Source of the DNA: Octopus vulgaris
Taxonomy: Eukaryota
Length of the DNA stretch: 64,000 nt
NCBI GenBank assembly: GCA_951406725.2
Contig: OX597815.1
Location: forward strand, 52,390,001 to 52,454,000
Direction: 5' to 3'
Shown here: positions 41,380 through 55,699 of the stretch, piece by piece
How positions within the stretch are numbered: position 1 is the stretch's first letter
Layout: each line of letters starts with the position of its first letter
Made by a program: the position numbers and the translations under genes
The notes under the pieces: model-generated
Seen by the model: the letters and a program-made list of their open reading frames with translations, nothing else
Told to the model about the DNA's origin: nothing
Databases searched by the model: none

Positions 41380-43680
41380 AGAATACTTAGCAAGATTAAA
41401 AAGCTTGACCAAAAGTAATTTACGAAAAAACATGACAAGTTTTATCTTGAAAGGAAGTACAGCGTTTATGAGGAAATATTTTACTTTAGTGATATAATAG
41501 ACAAAGCAAAGAGGTCTTGAAAAATCAATCAAGATAAAGTGTTACACCGAGAAAACAAAGTGAATTTGAATATCACAGATGTTTTAATCAAATCAGATAC
41601 GGCTTTACTGTAAAATTCGAGGAAATACCATCGAAGTGTTACTACCAAATGCAGAAGAAGCAATCAAATTTTCAGTCGAAATTTGGGGATTTTTGATTAC
41701 ACATGATGAAAATGTAGGATGGTTCCAAGCAATTAAAACTGATCTAGTGTAGCAAAAATGAACTGCCATACTTTAGGGACAATGTCATGTAGAAGGTAAA
41801 TATACTATCAAACTGGTAAGTCACCGGACCTGACAGTATCCAAGGATTTTGGATGAAATATCTGAAATCTTTATACAATCAAATCAGAAACGAATGTGTA
41901 GTACAATGAAGTGTACAAGAGTGAATGGTTAAGAGACATAACTTTAATAATGAAAGATCTAACGAAAGAAAATTCATTTGAAAATTGTTGCCCGATTTCC
42001 TGCCTCAATCTGTTATAAAAGTTACCCGAATGCTAAAAAAACCCAACCTAAACTAACAAAAACCTACAAACATTTGGTCCACAGCAAATTACTACCGTTT
42101 GAATGGAAGGTGCGCAGAAAACATTTAAAAATACCAAAAATTATCTTATCAGCGATAAGAATTTAAGAACTGCGACGACAAGCTAACCTGTGCATGGCGT
42201 GAATCAACTTTAAAAAGGTTTACATTATGGTGCCCTATTTTGTATTGTGGAGTTTCTTAGCATGTTTAGCATAGTGTAAAACCTCATCCATATCCTCACT
42301 GATATTGACACACAGGAAAACGAATTTGATGGTGTACAAAAAATCACTGGGTAGTGTAGCTGTAAAAAGTGAACATCGGCTACAAACTTTCCCCGAATCA
42401 TCTATGGAGGATTTCAAGTTTTGGTACAAGGCCAGCAATTCCGGTGAGGGAGTAAGTCGATTATATCGACCCCAGTGCTCAAATGGCACTTATTTTACCG
42501 GCTCTCGAAAGGATAAAAGGCAAAGTTGAAGTCGGCGTAATTTGAACCCGGAACATACAGAAATTTCGCTACGTATTTTGCCCGACGTGTTAATAGTTCT
42601 ACCAGCACGCCGCCTTAAGTTTATTGTAGTGATATTGGTTTCAAATTTTGGCACAAAGACAGCAGGTTTGGGTGAGGGGCTAAGTCGATTACATTGACCC
42701 CAATATTCAACTGGTACTTATTTTATCGAGCCCGAAAGGATAAAAGGCAAAGTCGACCCAGGCGGAATTTGTACTCAGAACTTAAAGACGGATGAAATGC
42801 TGCTAAGCATTTTACCTGACGTGCTAACCACTCTGCCTGCTAGCCGCCTTAAATGCATTACAATAGTATTGGAAAGGAGTTTGGTATGGTAGGATGTGTG
42901 GCTTTAGTTATAAAGAGGAAGGAGAACGCGTGTTAGTGACTTAAATATAGCAAGAACAGATATTAGAACCTGGTGACAATGCTTATAAATACCTCGCCAC
43001 ACTGGAACTTGATGATATAGAAATGAAGGAAAAAGTGAAAATAATATATCTAAAAAGATTAAAGCTTACATTGAGGTTTAAACTTAATGCAAGGAATTTG
43101 ATAAGCGCTATCAACTTGTGGGCAGTTGCTGTCGTGCGTTATAGTGCTGGAACAGTGAACTGAACAAAAGATGAAACATGCATTTACAGTAAAATAGGAA
43201 ACTGCAGAGTGTTTCACATGAAAGCAAATTTCGGCTATTTATACATGAAACAGAAGGTCGGAGGGAGAAGACTTATTAACAATTCTTGACTTGCAAAAAG
43301 TGAAGAGCTACTTAAACCTGCTGTAATAGAACTATGACTTACTGCTATTGAGAGTGAAGAGAAGGATATATATCAAAGTAGATAATATATGAAAAACAGG
43401 AAGCGCTAAAAGGCTGTTTTATTGTCAGTTTTACATCGATATCAAGAAGTTGAAAAATCATGAATCATCCTGTAAGTGGCTACAGAATAGGCATTTAAAG
43501 AGACAAATGGAAAATTTGTTGGTAGCTGCTTAAGATCAAGTGCTCAATACTAATTCAGTGCATAAAAATATTTATTGCACCGCTTCAACATATAAAATCT
43601 GCCTACGTTATCAGTGAGTAGATTGTAAAATATCAGCTTAGAAAGAATATAAGCGACGGCATGGTATGGTCTATTTCAGT
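41380..43680 (+). mobile_element. Fragmented R4/Dong-clade LINE remnant
   Basis: 42960 onward: AYKYLATLELDDIEMKEKVKIIYLKRLKLTLRFKLNARNLISAINLWAVAVVRYSAG; later KEYKRRH. Assignment of 41380-41990 is weaker. Confidence 0.65.
42412..42851 (-). mobile_element. Two tandem family A SINEs
   Basis: Copies near 42412-42616 and 42637-42851. Confidence 0.85.
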
Positions 43681-44253
43681 TTAGTCCTTTTGTTAAACAT
43701 TTAAGTATATCTCTTCATACGAATGAGTCACTTATGTACCAGAATTCCCTCTAAATGTGGCTTGGGCAACATTTTTGAGAAGCGGGCCGACGAGAAATGG
43801 TCATTATCAAGCGGACTACATTACAAAAAAGAATCAAGGGAATTTTCCGTCTGGCGTACCACTGGGAAAGTCTGCAGACCGCAGTTTACTCATGATTGCT
43901 CTAAATGAACATGATAAGCCAAAGAATCTAGAGACATTCAGATAGAGAGAAAAACTGAACATCGCAAACCAGATATCATTATACATGACATAGAAATAGG
44001 CAATGTCTCGTAAGAGATATTTCAATTCCTTCAGGCGAAACAGCAAAACAAATCAAAGAAGTAAAAACGACGCTGAGTATTAAGAATATGGCGATGTACA
44101 GCAACAAAAGTGTAAGTCATACCAGCTTTCCCCACCATCCTACCACGTGGAAAGGTTAGATGTCATGACAGGCATAAGCGTGCTCCAAAGACTTGTGAAA
44201 GGTAGTTTTTGTCTAAGGTCTTTAAACAGAAAAGCCAAATTGTGCAACGGAGA

Positions 44254-44296
<43 letters not shown>

Positions 44297-44297
44297 A

Positions 44298-44510
44298 TGA
44301 TTTCAAATTTTGGTAGAAGGCCGCCAAGTTCGGGGGAGGGGGTAAGTCGATTATATTGACCTCAGTACTCGACTGGTGGTCATTTTATCGACCCCGAAAG
44401 GACGAAAAACAAAGTTGACCTAGGTGGAATTTGAACTTAGAATGTAAAACCAGAAGAAATGCTGCTAAGCATTTTGCCAGGCCTGCTAACGATTCTGCCG
44501 GCTTGCCACC

Positions 44511-44512
<2 letters not shown>
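44298..44512 (-). mobile_element. SINE family A
   Basis: Full-length reverse copy between (CTA)n and (TAA)n. Confidence 0.85.
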
Positions 44513-44572
<60 letters not shown>

Positions 44573-44573
<1 letters not shown>

Positions 44574-45041
44574 TATAAAAGATGGGCTACAGCAAATATT
44601 CTGCTCAATACCACAGATTTGCTTGTCAGTTGTTTGACCTTAACCAGTTGAGCATGTCCCTTAGTGGCTGACGATATGTGCATCTCTTATCACGAGCAGA
44701 AGTAGTGGGGGAGCATCATAGCCATATGTTGAGAGGGATTCTTTGGGGTTTGAATAATTCACCTCTGGAAACATGGGTGGTTCTTTCAACATCCTTAAAA
44801 ACCCCTTATTCAGGGACCTTTTGAGCGGGATGGGCTACTCAACCTGAAGAAAATTCTAACTGGGCCCCACCTGCAAGGTCATGTGCTGTTTATCTTGATA
44901 TGAGATCACCATGTCGCGCACATATGGTTGTGATGCATGTGCCTGGTGTACCCTTATCAGACGGGTAGTCATGATGGGTATATTGGGCTTCGTATATTTT
45001 ACCCCAGTGTCACTTTGATGGCATGCACTGCTCTCTCACTC
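44573..45041 (+). mobile_element. Non-coding element inserted in a (TAA)n array
   Basis: Flanked on both sides by (TAA)n; 44578-44621 matches the reverse complement of 60631-60674. Confidence 0.65.
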
Positions 45042-45099
<58 letters not shown>

Positions 45100-45101
<2 letters not shown>

Positions 45102-45300
45102 CCTTTCTACTAAAGGTACAAGGCCTGAAATTTTGTGGATAGGGACTAGTCGATTACATCGACCCCAGTGCTTCACTGGTATTTAATTTATAAACTCGAA
45201 AAGAATGAACGACGGAATATGAACTCAGAACGTAAAGACGGGTAAAATGCTGCTAAACATTTTGCCTGGTGTGCTAACGATTCCGTCAGCTCGCCGCCTT
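45100..45300 (-). mobile_element. SINE family A
   Basis: Reverse copy ending agctcgccgcctt. Confidence 0.85.
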
Positions 45301-45355
45301 TATGATGATGATGATGATGATGATGATGATAATAATAATAATAATAATAATAATG

Positions 45356-45402
<47 letters not shown>

Positions 45403-45664
45403 CAGACTAAGCATTAAGAACCAATTACATCAAATACAGAATAGACAACATATCAGAAAGTGATAAATGCAGAATTTCTGGAAAAAATGGTGAAAACGTA
45501 TGATATATTACCAGTCAATGTACGCCACTCGCCCAGAAAGAATATAAGAGACGTTATGACAATATAGCACTGATTGTCCATTGAATACTTTGCAACAAAT
45601 ATGGACTTGACAGAGCAAAAAAGTGGTATGAACATAAACCTTGAGAAACACGTGGAGCAAATAG

Positions 45665-45988
45665 GGACTTATTCGTTATCAGCCTAGTACTTATTCTATC
45701 GGTCTCTTTTGCCGAGCCGCTAAGTTACGGGGACGTAAACGCACCAGCATTGATTGTCAAACGATGTTGTGGGGACAAACACAGACACACAAAGACACAC
45801 ACACACACATATATACATATATACGACGAGCTTCTTTCAGTTTCCATCTACCAAATACACTCACAAGGCTTAGATCGGCTTGAGGCTATAGTAGAAGACA
45901 CTTGCCCAAGGTGCCACACTGTCGGATTGAACCCGGGACAATGTTGTTGGTAAGCAAGCTACTTACCACACAGCCACTCCTGCGCCTA
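45665..45988 (-). mobile_element. SINE family B
   Basis: Reverse complement of 58115-58540. Confidence 0.9.
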
Positions 45989-48851
45989 TGATGTTGATAA
46001 TAATATCTCATTCTATCTCAGAAATTCATTTTGTCTTTCATATCCCCTAAATCAATGAAATATATACCAGTAATATACTAAAATCATCCCTCTATATCTT
46101 ACCATACGAAATTAGTTTTGCAACTCAGAAAAAGAAAAGAAAGAATTATTGTATATAAGCAAATTACACCATGATATGACACAATAACATCATACAGTAA
46201 CAAAAACGTCACAGACTTTATTCAAATATGTCTCTCATCTTCCTTATCATCATTATCACCACTCTCATCGTCGTCGTCGTCATCATCATCATCATCATCA
46301 TCGTCATAATCCTCACTCATTAACATCGTCTTCGTCATCCTCGTCGTCGTCGTTTCATCACATCATCATCATCATCATCACCATCATCATCGTCATCATC
46401 ATCATCATCATCATCATCGCCATTTCTCGTTTTGATGTCCATTTCCCACTCTCAGTTTTGATATGCTTTGTAAATTAGCTCAGCCTCTAAGCTGTATATC
46501 TGTTCATCTTATTTTTTCCTATATTCGTTAGTGTGAAGAGACCGAATGCAATGCATGAGCTTAGAGAATATCTTCACGCTGATTTTTCCCTGTTATTACC
46601 GAATTTCTTTTTATCATTTATCAAAATCAACTTTACCGAACTGCGATAAATATGTGCTGCATTTCATTTCTAACACTGAACTGATAGAACTGCACAAAGA
46701 ATCGGAGATTCCTAAATACAAAAGGAATATAATGGTAAAGTGAGTAAATCATTGAGTTGATTATAGAGAATCAATATTATAAAAGGCCACGTCACGTGTT
46801 TCTTTTTTGTTTGCTGTTTTTGATGTGTTTTTCTAGCTAAACGTTGAGGATCGTTATGGTATTAAATCAGAATGACCAAAGACATGAATAAAGTTGAAAA
46901 ACAATTTAATGCAGGAAATATAAACAGTTAAATGTGGCAGGTAAGAAATAGCAAAAGTGAAAAAAAAATGGAGGTGGCAGATAAAAATTCCAAATGGCAA
47001 ATAAAAGTTCTGTTAGCTGATAAAATTGTTCATTCGAAAAAGTGTATTTGAAATGACATGTTAAAAATATGTTTGACAAAAATAAATAGAATATGCATGT
47101 GTAGGCAGAGTTCAAAATTTCATTGTTAAAATGTCATATTAAAACATCAAGTGTGAATCAATGTGTAAAGGTTTTGCTGCTTCATCAGTATGTGTGTGTG
47201 TGTGTAAAGATAAGAGAAGGAGAAGTGAATAACGTATGGAAGATTGAGAGGACGCGAGAAAAGGATTTAGCTTCACAGTGATCGAAAGATTTACCACTAT
47301 TTATAATTTGTTCGATCGAAGAAAAGGCTCTAGGGTTCGATTCTTAAATGCGTCCGAGCATGATTAGTTAAGCATAACCAATGAGATGTCAAAAGAGAAG
47401 CCAGTTAGCGATTAAACTAACTCGAAAGCAAACTCGTCATCTGAGACAGTCCCAGTAGCATAACTTCTAGTTGAATGAACGGCATGATCATAATTGAATT
47501 CAGTGGGACTAGATGACAGCTGGTTAGCGACATCATAGATGCTACAATTTCCTTCTCTGTCAAGGTATTTGAAGACGGAAGGAAAAGGCAGTAATTGTGT
47601 TCAAGAAGTTGAAGCGAGAGAAATAGCCAGCTGCCAGCCAGTAAGCGAAATAGGTAGTCAGGCGAGCAGACAGTGAAATATAAGAAAGGATGGGAGGATG
47701 TGTGAAAGAGGAAGGGATGGCGAAGAACAAGAGAGTAAAAGGGTAAGAGCGCAGGAATTGAAAAGGAGTGAAATCAACTCTTTTCAAATATACAACAAGT
47801 AATTATTGCAAGACAAACAAACGAAGAAATTCACAGCCATGGGGAAATTGTTGGATTTCGAATTGCTGAAAGAAGATGCGACTTATAAGGAAACAACATG
47901 AAACACACGAAGAAACAAAAGCAATGCTCGAAACAATGAGACACAAGAAGAAATTGGAGCTAGGTTTGTCGTATCTGTTATTTTTCTCTAATTACCACAG
48001 AATCAGCGATTATTGATTTATTATTTCACAGGTGTAATATGTTAGATTTATAAAATAAAGGAAATGAAAGATTGTGTGGCATAATCTAGCATGGATTTAA
48101 TAATGTTAATAAATATATTTAATCCCAAAAGTATTTTCAGTTGAAATGTTATCTAAATAAGGTGATAAGTGCATTACTTTTAAAGCTGTTTGCCGCGAGT
48201 CTCCTGCTATTCTGTTTTATATCATCATCATCAACGTCGTTGTCATCGTCGTCATCATCATCGTCATCGTCATCATCTTCGTCGTAGTCGTCGTCCATTG
48301 TTTTAATATTGTTACCCCCTACCGCCTGCTAAAATGGACTGAATAGGTGTGTTGTATAGCTTGGAGTCCCTCACTTTAATCTTGCAATCTTATCTGCGAG
48401 ACCCAATTACTTAAGATCTGACCTAACCGCTTCTTTCCATACCTTCCCCAAAACTTTACCAATCATAAGTAGCGAACTTTAACCTTTTCCAAATTAATTT
48501 ACCTGATATAACCCGCCTCTCTATCTATGATACAAAAAAGCTCATTTTAAAAACATATCTAAATTTAAACCTTCCATCATAATTTTATATAAGAACCTAG
48601 CGCTAAGGTTAGGTTCCAACTATCTCCCCGCTAAAGTGTATACTATTAAGTACAAAGCTACAAAAAGGTTAACCGGCCCCAAAGGTGCAACAGAAGCATA
48701 TTTAGAGAACAGCTGAAATAAGCAGGAAAGACGGTTGCAGTACATAATGAGTGATGAGTATTGGGAGATTATATTTGCTTCATTTTTCTCCTCCCCTTGT
48801 ATTTCTCCAACATATATAACCATCATGTATAGCCACCATGAAGCATTACAC

Positions 48852-49200
48852 AGTGAGCTGGCAGGATCGTTGAATCGTTACCGCACCGGAGAAAATTACT
48901 TAGCAACATTCCTTCTGACTTTATGTTCTGATTTCAAATGCCGCTGGGCTCGACTTCGCCTTTCATCCTTGAGCCCTGGGGTCGATGTAATCAACTTACA
49001 CTCTCCATCGAAATTGCTGGCTTCGTGCCAAAATTTGAAACCAATAATAAAATTACCGATTACGTTCTGAGTTTAATTTCTACCGAGGTCGACTTTGCCT
49101 TTCATATTTTTGGGATCGATAAAAGAAGTACCTGTTGAAGACTGGGGCCGATATAATCGATTTACACCCTTCCCTGAACTTGCTGGCCTTGAAACCAATA
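48852..49200 (+). mobile_element. Family A SINE plus a tandem 5'-truncated copy
   Basis: Core repeated near 48930-49045 and 49061-49200. Confidence 0.75.
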
Positions 49201-49732
49201 TTAAAATCACCGTCTCTGATGGATATTTCTACGATCGATTGTCTAAGTAGTCTGCATTAGGGCATTATGTCTGCCCTACTCGTGGAATATATTCTGAGGC
49301 CACAGACGCTACATTGTTATCGGTTAATAGTAAAATTTTAATTGTATTCAATCTAGCTTCCTCAATGACGCTATCTACCTACTTCTCAACTTCTGACTTA
49401 TGGATGTGTCTAGAACTGGCAGGAATGTTTTTGCGATAAAACAAGCCATTTTACTCTATCTATTAATTGAGAATTAAGTTGATGTTAGCTGTGTTGAAAA
49501 AAAAAATTGACGTTATTCAGCTGTTCTTTACTCTCATTTCTCGACTCCTGCATTTTCTTTATCTAATACTTATCTATGAAACCACTAAATATCTACTTCT
49601 CGTCTCAAACACAAGTAATCTAACGTTATTCTATTCTCACACTAATTTTCAATATACTTGAATTGCTGAGAGCAACATTTATCATTTATGAAGATTTCTT
49701 ATCTTTCGGTTAAAACACAAATATAAAGGAAT

Positions 49733-49763
<31 letters not shown>

Positions 49764-49870
49764 GCAGCAGCAGCAACAACAACAGCAACAACAACAGCAA
49801 CAACAACAACGACAACAACAACAACAACAACAACAACAGCAACAACAACAACAATGACGACGACGATGAT
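49733..49870. repeat. (CAA/CAG)n trinucleotide repeat
   Basis: Directly visible. Confidence 0.95.
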
Positions 49871-50452
49871 GGTGATAAATTTGTGAATTTACATAAATGC
49901 AATCGATGTTACAACATGTGTAGAACGTGTTTAAGCACACTACAGCTATTTGCGTTTGCATATACACGCAGACACAACCATATACAACACACCCACACTC
50001 GTACACACAAACGCATGCACACGCACGCACACGCTTATGCACATACAAATGTGCACAGACACACACCACAAAACATGACAAAATATTATTACTATATTTA
50101 TATATACTGTTATATATGAATATGACATACACAAATCTGTAAAACTGACAAACATTTCTTTGGCACAAGGACAACAGATATATAAAAATGTTTACTTACA
50201 CTGGCAAAAACAAACATTTTGAAGTGAACATATACAATCAAAATGATAAATTACAAACAGCGTATAGTTATGTCTGTCTGTCTGTCTGTCTGCATGCATG
50301 TATGTATGTATGTTTGTATGTATGTATGTATGTATGTATGTATGTATGTATGTATGTATGTATGTATGTATGTATGTATCTGTTTCTTTTCTTGTATGTA
50401 TGGTTGTATAAATGCATACATGCATACATACATAATACATACATACATATAT

Positions 50453-50623
50453 GCATGGCTGTTTGGTAAGAAGTTTACCTCCTAACCACATGGTTTCGGA
50501 TTCAATTCCACTGCATGGCACCTTGGGCAAGTTTCTTCTACTATAGTTGGGTGGGCCAATCAAAGCCTTATGAGTGGATTTGGTAGACGAAAACTGAAAG
50601 CACCTGTCGTACATACATGCATG

Positions 50624-50680
<57 letters not shown>

Positions 50681-51042
50681 TCTTTAGTTATTTTACTTGT
50701 TTCAGTCATTTGACTACCGCCATGCCAGAACACCGCCTTTAGTCGAACAAATCAACTCCAGGACTTATTCTTTGTAAGCCTAGTACTTATTCTATCCGTT
50801 AAGTTACAGGGACGTAAACGCACCAACATCGGTTGTTAAGCGATGGTGAAAGGACAAACACACACAGACACATACGACGGTATTCTTTTAGTTTCCGTCT
50901 ACCAAATTCACTCACAAGGCTTTGGTCGGCCCGAGGCTATAATAGAAGACAGTTGCCCAATATGCCACTCGGTGGAACGAACTGAATCCAGAAACATGTG
51001 GGTGGGAAGCAAGCTTCTTACCACACAGTCACTCCTGCGCCT
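50453..51042. mobile_element. Two family B SINEs in opposite orientation (50453-50610 +, 50690-51042 -)
   Basis: Both align with 58115-58630. Confidence 0.85.
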
Positions 51043-51318
51043 ATATATATTTAAATATATATATATATATAAACACACGCACCCGCACACACACACACAT
51101 ACATACATATATGTGTGTGTGTGTGTGTGTGTCTGTGTGTACGTACCAGGCTTAAAAAAACAAATATCTATATATTTATACATAAAAATTCATCACATGA
51201 AAATTTCCACCTCTTGCTCTCTCTCATTTTGCATCTATACATATATACATATTTTGTATTTGATTTATTTAATATATATAATATATTTGGTGTCTAATCT
51301 TTTTCTCTCTCGCTCCTC

Positions 51319-51375
<57 letters not shown>

Positions 51376-51989
51376 TAAATGCTCGAGATACCTCACTGGT
51401 GTATCTTGTGGTGTGGTATCGAACCCAGATTGTACTTATATATCTATATAAATTATATATGGCTTCAAAAACTGCTCGTGGAGAATAGGGAACCAAATAA
51501 CTGTTATCGACTTTTAGACTACATATTATAAACGAATCCGAAAATTTTGTAATTTCGTGGATGTGCTTAGAAACAATAACAAATTGAAAGAACATAATTA
51601 AAAGGCAACACATTGACAATACAAATAATGAAATGTTCTGCAGCTTTCCTCAAGTGCATATAAAAATGAAGTGAATGAATAGAATCTATTAACGATGCTT
51701 AGTTGGTCACAGCGTTGGTCAGATCCTGAGGAGTTTACTGTACAAATAATGATAAAAACACGGGACAAGATTTGATCATTAATAGATAAAAGGTTCTTAG
51801 TATGTATAAATGTATGATAACAGTGAAAACAACAAAAACACCTGTTCAACTAACAAAAGAACATAAGAACTGCAAAATAGGTAGGCTGTTATTCAGCAGG
51901 TATTGTTTATAAATTTCTGATAACAGAGAAGAGATGCTGTTAACAAATCTCAAGAAGGAACTTTCTTATAATAATAATGATAATAATAA

Positions 51990-52800
51990 TCCTTTCTACT
52001 TATAGGCACAAGGCCTGAAATTTGGGGGAGGGGACTAGTTGATTACATCGACTCCAGCACTTGACTGGTACTTATTTCATCGACCTCGAAAGGCAAAGTC
52101 GACTTTGGCGGAATTTGAACTCAGATCGTAGCGACAAATCGCTAAGCATTTCTCCCGACGTGCTAACGATTCTGCCAGCTCGCCGACTTAATGATAATGA
52201 TAATAATAATGGTTTCACATTTTGGCACAAGGCCAGCAATTTCGAAGGAGGGGTGAGTCGACTCAACTGCTCTACTGGTGCTTACTTTATCGACCTCGAA
52301 AGGATGAAAAGCTAAGTCGATCGCGACGAAATTTGATCTCAGAAGTTAAGGACAGACGAAATGCCACTAAGCATTTTGCCCGGCGTGCTAACAATTCTTC
52401 CAACTAGCTGCCTTAACAGCAATAATAATAAAAATAATAACAATTTCTATACAAGGCTAGTTGCTTTGAGGAGAAGAATCTAGTTGATAATGTCGATACC
52501 AGATTTGTACATTATTTTATTTGCCCGTGAAAGATGGAAAATAAAGTTGACTCTCGGCAAGGTTTAAACTTAAGACGTAATTAAATGCCTCCCTACACTT
52601 TGCTTATATCCTACCGATTTTGTCATCCACGCCTAAAAATTATTTTGAAAATAGCCAAAGGACTGTATATGGAGTTGGGCTTAGTGTATTACACCGACTC
52701 TAGTCACATACACTTGACTGGTATTCATTTTATCGAAACCGAAATGATGAAAGAAAATGAGGGCCACGGTGGGATTTGAACGCAGAAAGTGTAAGGATAC
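51990..52800 (-). mobile_element. Cluster of three or four family A SINEs separated by TAA tracts
   Basis: Clear copies at 51990-52190 and 52210-52414; more decayed copies follow. Confidence 0.75.
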
Positions 52801-54235
52801 AGTTATATATCAGAAATCAATTTGTCTAATTCTGTTACTCACCACATTAATAATAATTATTATTTTCTATAAAAATACTACAAATGTTTGTCTCTTTCCT
52901 CTGGAAATTATTCACAAATTATCTTTTTGCTCGACAGCACAAATTAAAAAGCAAAATAAAATTGCAAACAGTTATTTTCTAAAAATCATATGCATATATT
53001 TACATATATACTATGCAGAAAATCTATTTATACATTCGAAAACCCATTGGCCTTCAAAAGAAAAACATCAATTTTTCTAAACTTGTATGGATTTAAATGA
53101 GCCTGTCTGTCTAGTTTTATTTGCTATCCAGACTTATAAACAATTTTGGAATATTCAAAACAATTCACATTATCAATGTAGCATGATTTCCTATAGCTTA
53201 CCATATTTAACTAGTCGAGATATTACAGATGGTTGTCTTTATGAGCCACAACAACACTATGAAGCTGTTTGAATAGAAGCTACCTAACAAGATGTAATAC
53301 TATTTATTGCAACCAACAGATACATTCAACCTGCCCTCGTCTTACTATTAATATTAGTAACACATTTTTGACGGAAGAGTGATTTATTTATTCTATCAGT
53401 TGATTATTTATTTATTCTATTCAGTTGACTCCCTATTATGTATTTATTCTATTGACATAGTTATTCTATCGACATAATATGAAAAACAAAATTGACTTCG
53501 AAGGGATTTGAACTCGAAAAGTAAACGGTGACTAAATACTACGAGAAATTTCGATCTAGGATTGATAATAACTATTTGTAACATTGGTACAGTGTCACGC
53601 ATTTAGGGGCAGATATATAACTGACTCAGCCCATCATTGTACCCTGTTGGTACTTATATTATTGACCAACACCACCAGAAGAATGAAAGAGAAAGGCAAA
53701 TCTGGCACAATTTAAACAATGTAGAAATATAAGTAAAAACAATCGATCACATTTGTGTTGGATGCTCCTGTTCCTCTATTAGTTCCTATACATAAGTCTT
53801 TATCGATTTCGTTAGGAAGACCATGAAAGCTGCGAGATTTATTTTTCTTCCTCTCTTATAACACCATAACTTATCGCTTTATATTGAATCTCTTTATCAT
53901 ACCACTCCACATCTTTGCCCCACAACATTAATTATTGTCGGTTTCCCATCTATGACCAGTGTATGTAGTGTATACAATGTCCATAGCACTACATTCTTCA
54001 AGTGTTCACTTTTAAGACGCCAGGTTAGGATTTGAGCAAAATTTAGTTACTGTTTCTCGCAGGGCAAATGAGCATTGAAGTATCTCTACTGATAATAATA
54101 ATTTCAAATTTTGGCATAAAGCCAGCAATTTATTTCACCGACCCCTAAAAGATGAAATACAAAGTCGACCGCGGCGGAATTTGAACTCACACCGTTGTGC
54201 TGATTCTGCCAGCTGGCCGCCTTATCTCTTCTGAT

Positions 54236-54566
54236 TTAAAAAAAAGACTCCGCCGGTTACGACGACGAGGGTCCCAGCTGATACGATCAACGGAACAGCT
54301 TGCTCGTGAAATAAACGTGCAAATGGCTGAGCATTCCACAGACACGTGTACCCTTAACGTAGTTCTCGGGGATAATCAGCGTGACACAGAGAGTGACAAG
54401 GCTGACCCTTTGAAATACAAGTACAACTCATTTTTGCCAGCTGAGTGGACTGGAGCAACGTGAAATAAAGTGTCTTGCTCAAGGACACAACGCGTCGCCG
54501 GGAATCGAACTCACAACCTTACGATCATGAGCCGAATGCCCTAACCACTAAGCCACGCGCCCTCAC
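54236..54566 (-). mobile_element. Young tRNA-derived SINE family C (CORE-like)
   Basis: Head GGCGCGTGGCTTAGTGGTTAGG...GAGTTCGATTCCC, core gtccttgagcaagacactt; 11-bp TSD tctcttctgat. Confidence 0.9.
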
Positions 54567-54802
54567 TCTCTTCTGATAACAATAGCCGACAACTAAGGTA
54601 ACTCTCTAGATCTGAAACATATTTTAGGAGTGGCCTTTATAATTTGAGTCATTAAATCACAAAATTCTCTGAGCTTTTTCGGGAACTTATGGAGCCGCTG
54701 ATACTATAATTTTCCTCGATTGCTATAAACCCCCACACGAAGCTAAATCCACAAATATAATTTTTCAAATATATATCTACAAATATAACTTTGTTTCGTG
54801 TC

Positions 54803-55041
54803 GAGGCGCATGGCTTAGTGGTTAGAGGTATAGTACTTTTGATCGTAAGGTTGTGCTTTCGACTTCACGGCCGGGTGTTGCTTTCTTGATCAAGAACACA
54901 CTTTTTTTTTTCATGTTGCACCAGTTCACTCAGCTGACAAAGATGTAAACCTACAACGGACCAGCGTCCAGTCCAGTGGGCGAATATATACGCCTCGGAA
55001 ATCGCGAAACCGGCTATATCAGTCCACAGAACTCGGGAAGG
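54803..55041 (+). mobile_element. SINE family C with alternative tail
   Basis: Same head as family C; tail like 57578-57690. Confidence 0.75.
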
Positions 55042-55699
55042 TTTATTATCTTATATCATTTTCATACTTTGCATAGAAAAACTTTTGTTTTGCAGTTCTG
55101 GCTAGTTTTGTTTCGGTTGTTCTAACTTTTAAGTTAACATCATACATTAGTTTTGTTAATAACTCTCCATTTTCTATTTTAAACAGTTTTAAGAAGGTCG
55201 CTGCTAGCCAATTAATTTTCTTTTATAATGTAAGTGGTAACCTGATCGCCAAACATATTTAGTGTCAAGACGAGTACATTAATTTTTCAATACCCACGCT
55301 TTGTCATACAAGTTTTACCTAATCTGACCTTTCTAATCAACACCATATAGTTGAAATACGTCACTACTTTAAATTGTGTGCAGCAAGCTAATTTCCTTTC
55401 TACTGAGTAGATCTTTGTGACAAGCAGTGCAATTACATATGCTTGAGAGGCTGTTGAGTCCTTCAAAAGTATTTCTTATTAATAACACGAACTTAATCCT
55501 CAGCTATTCAAGCATATAATCATTAAGATTAACAATATATCTACCTTACTTTTGTTGGGGAACATTGTTAATGTTCTTTATTATTTCCGTTAGGTACAGC
55601 TTATCAGTTCCCTAATGTCATTGCTAAAGGAATCACTAAAGTTTGTCCAAAATGGTAGGTATATGCCAGCCTGTCAGCAATCTAGTCTGAGTATAAATC

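Noticed and set aside
46546-48030. Possible host exons in unique sequence
   Set aside because: Isolated splice-like motifs only; no recognisable peptide or consistent frame.
49699-50174. Poly-Leu/Cys/Gln ORFs
   Set aside because: CAA/CAG microsatellite.
54480-54566. tRNA gene
   Set aside because: It is the head of a SINE, with body, tail and TSD.
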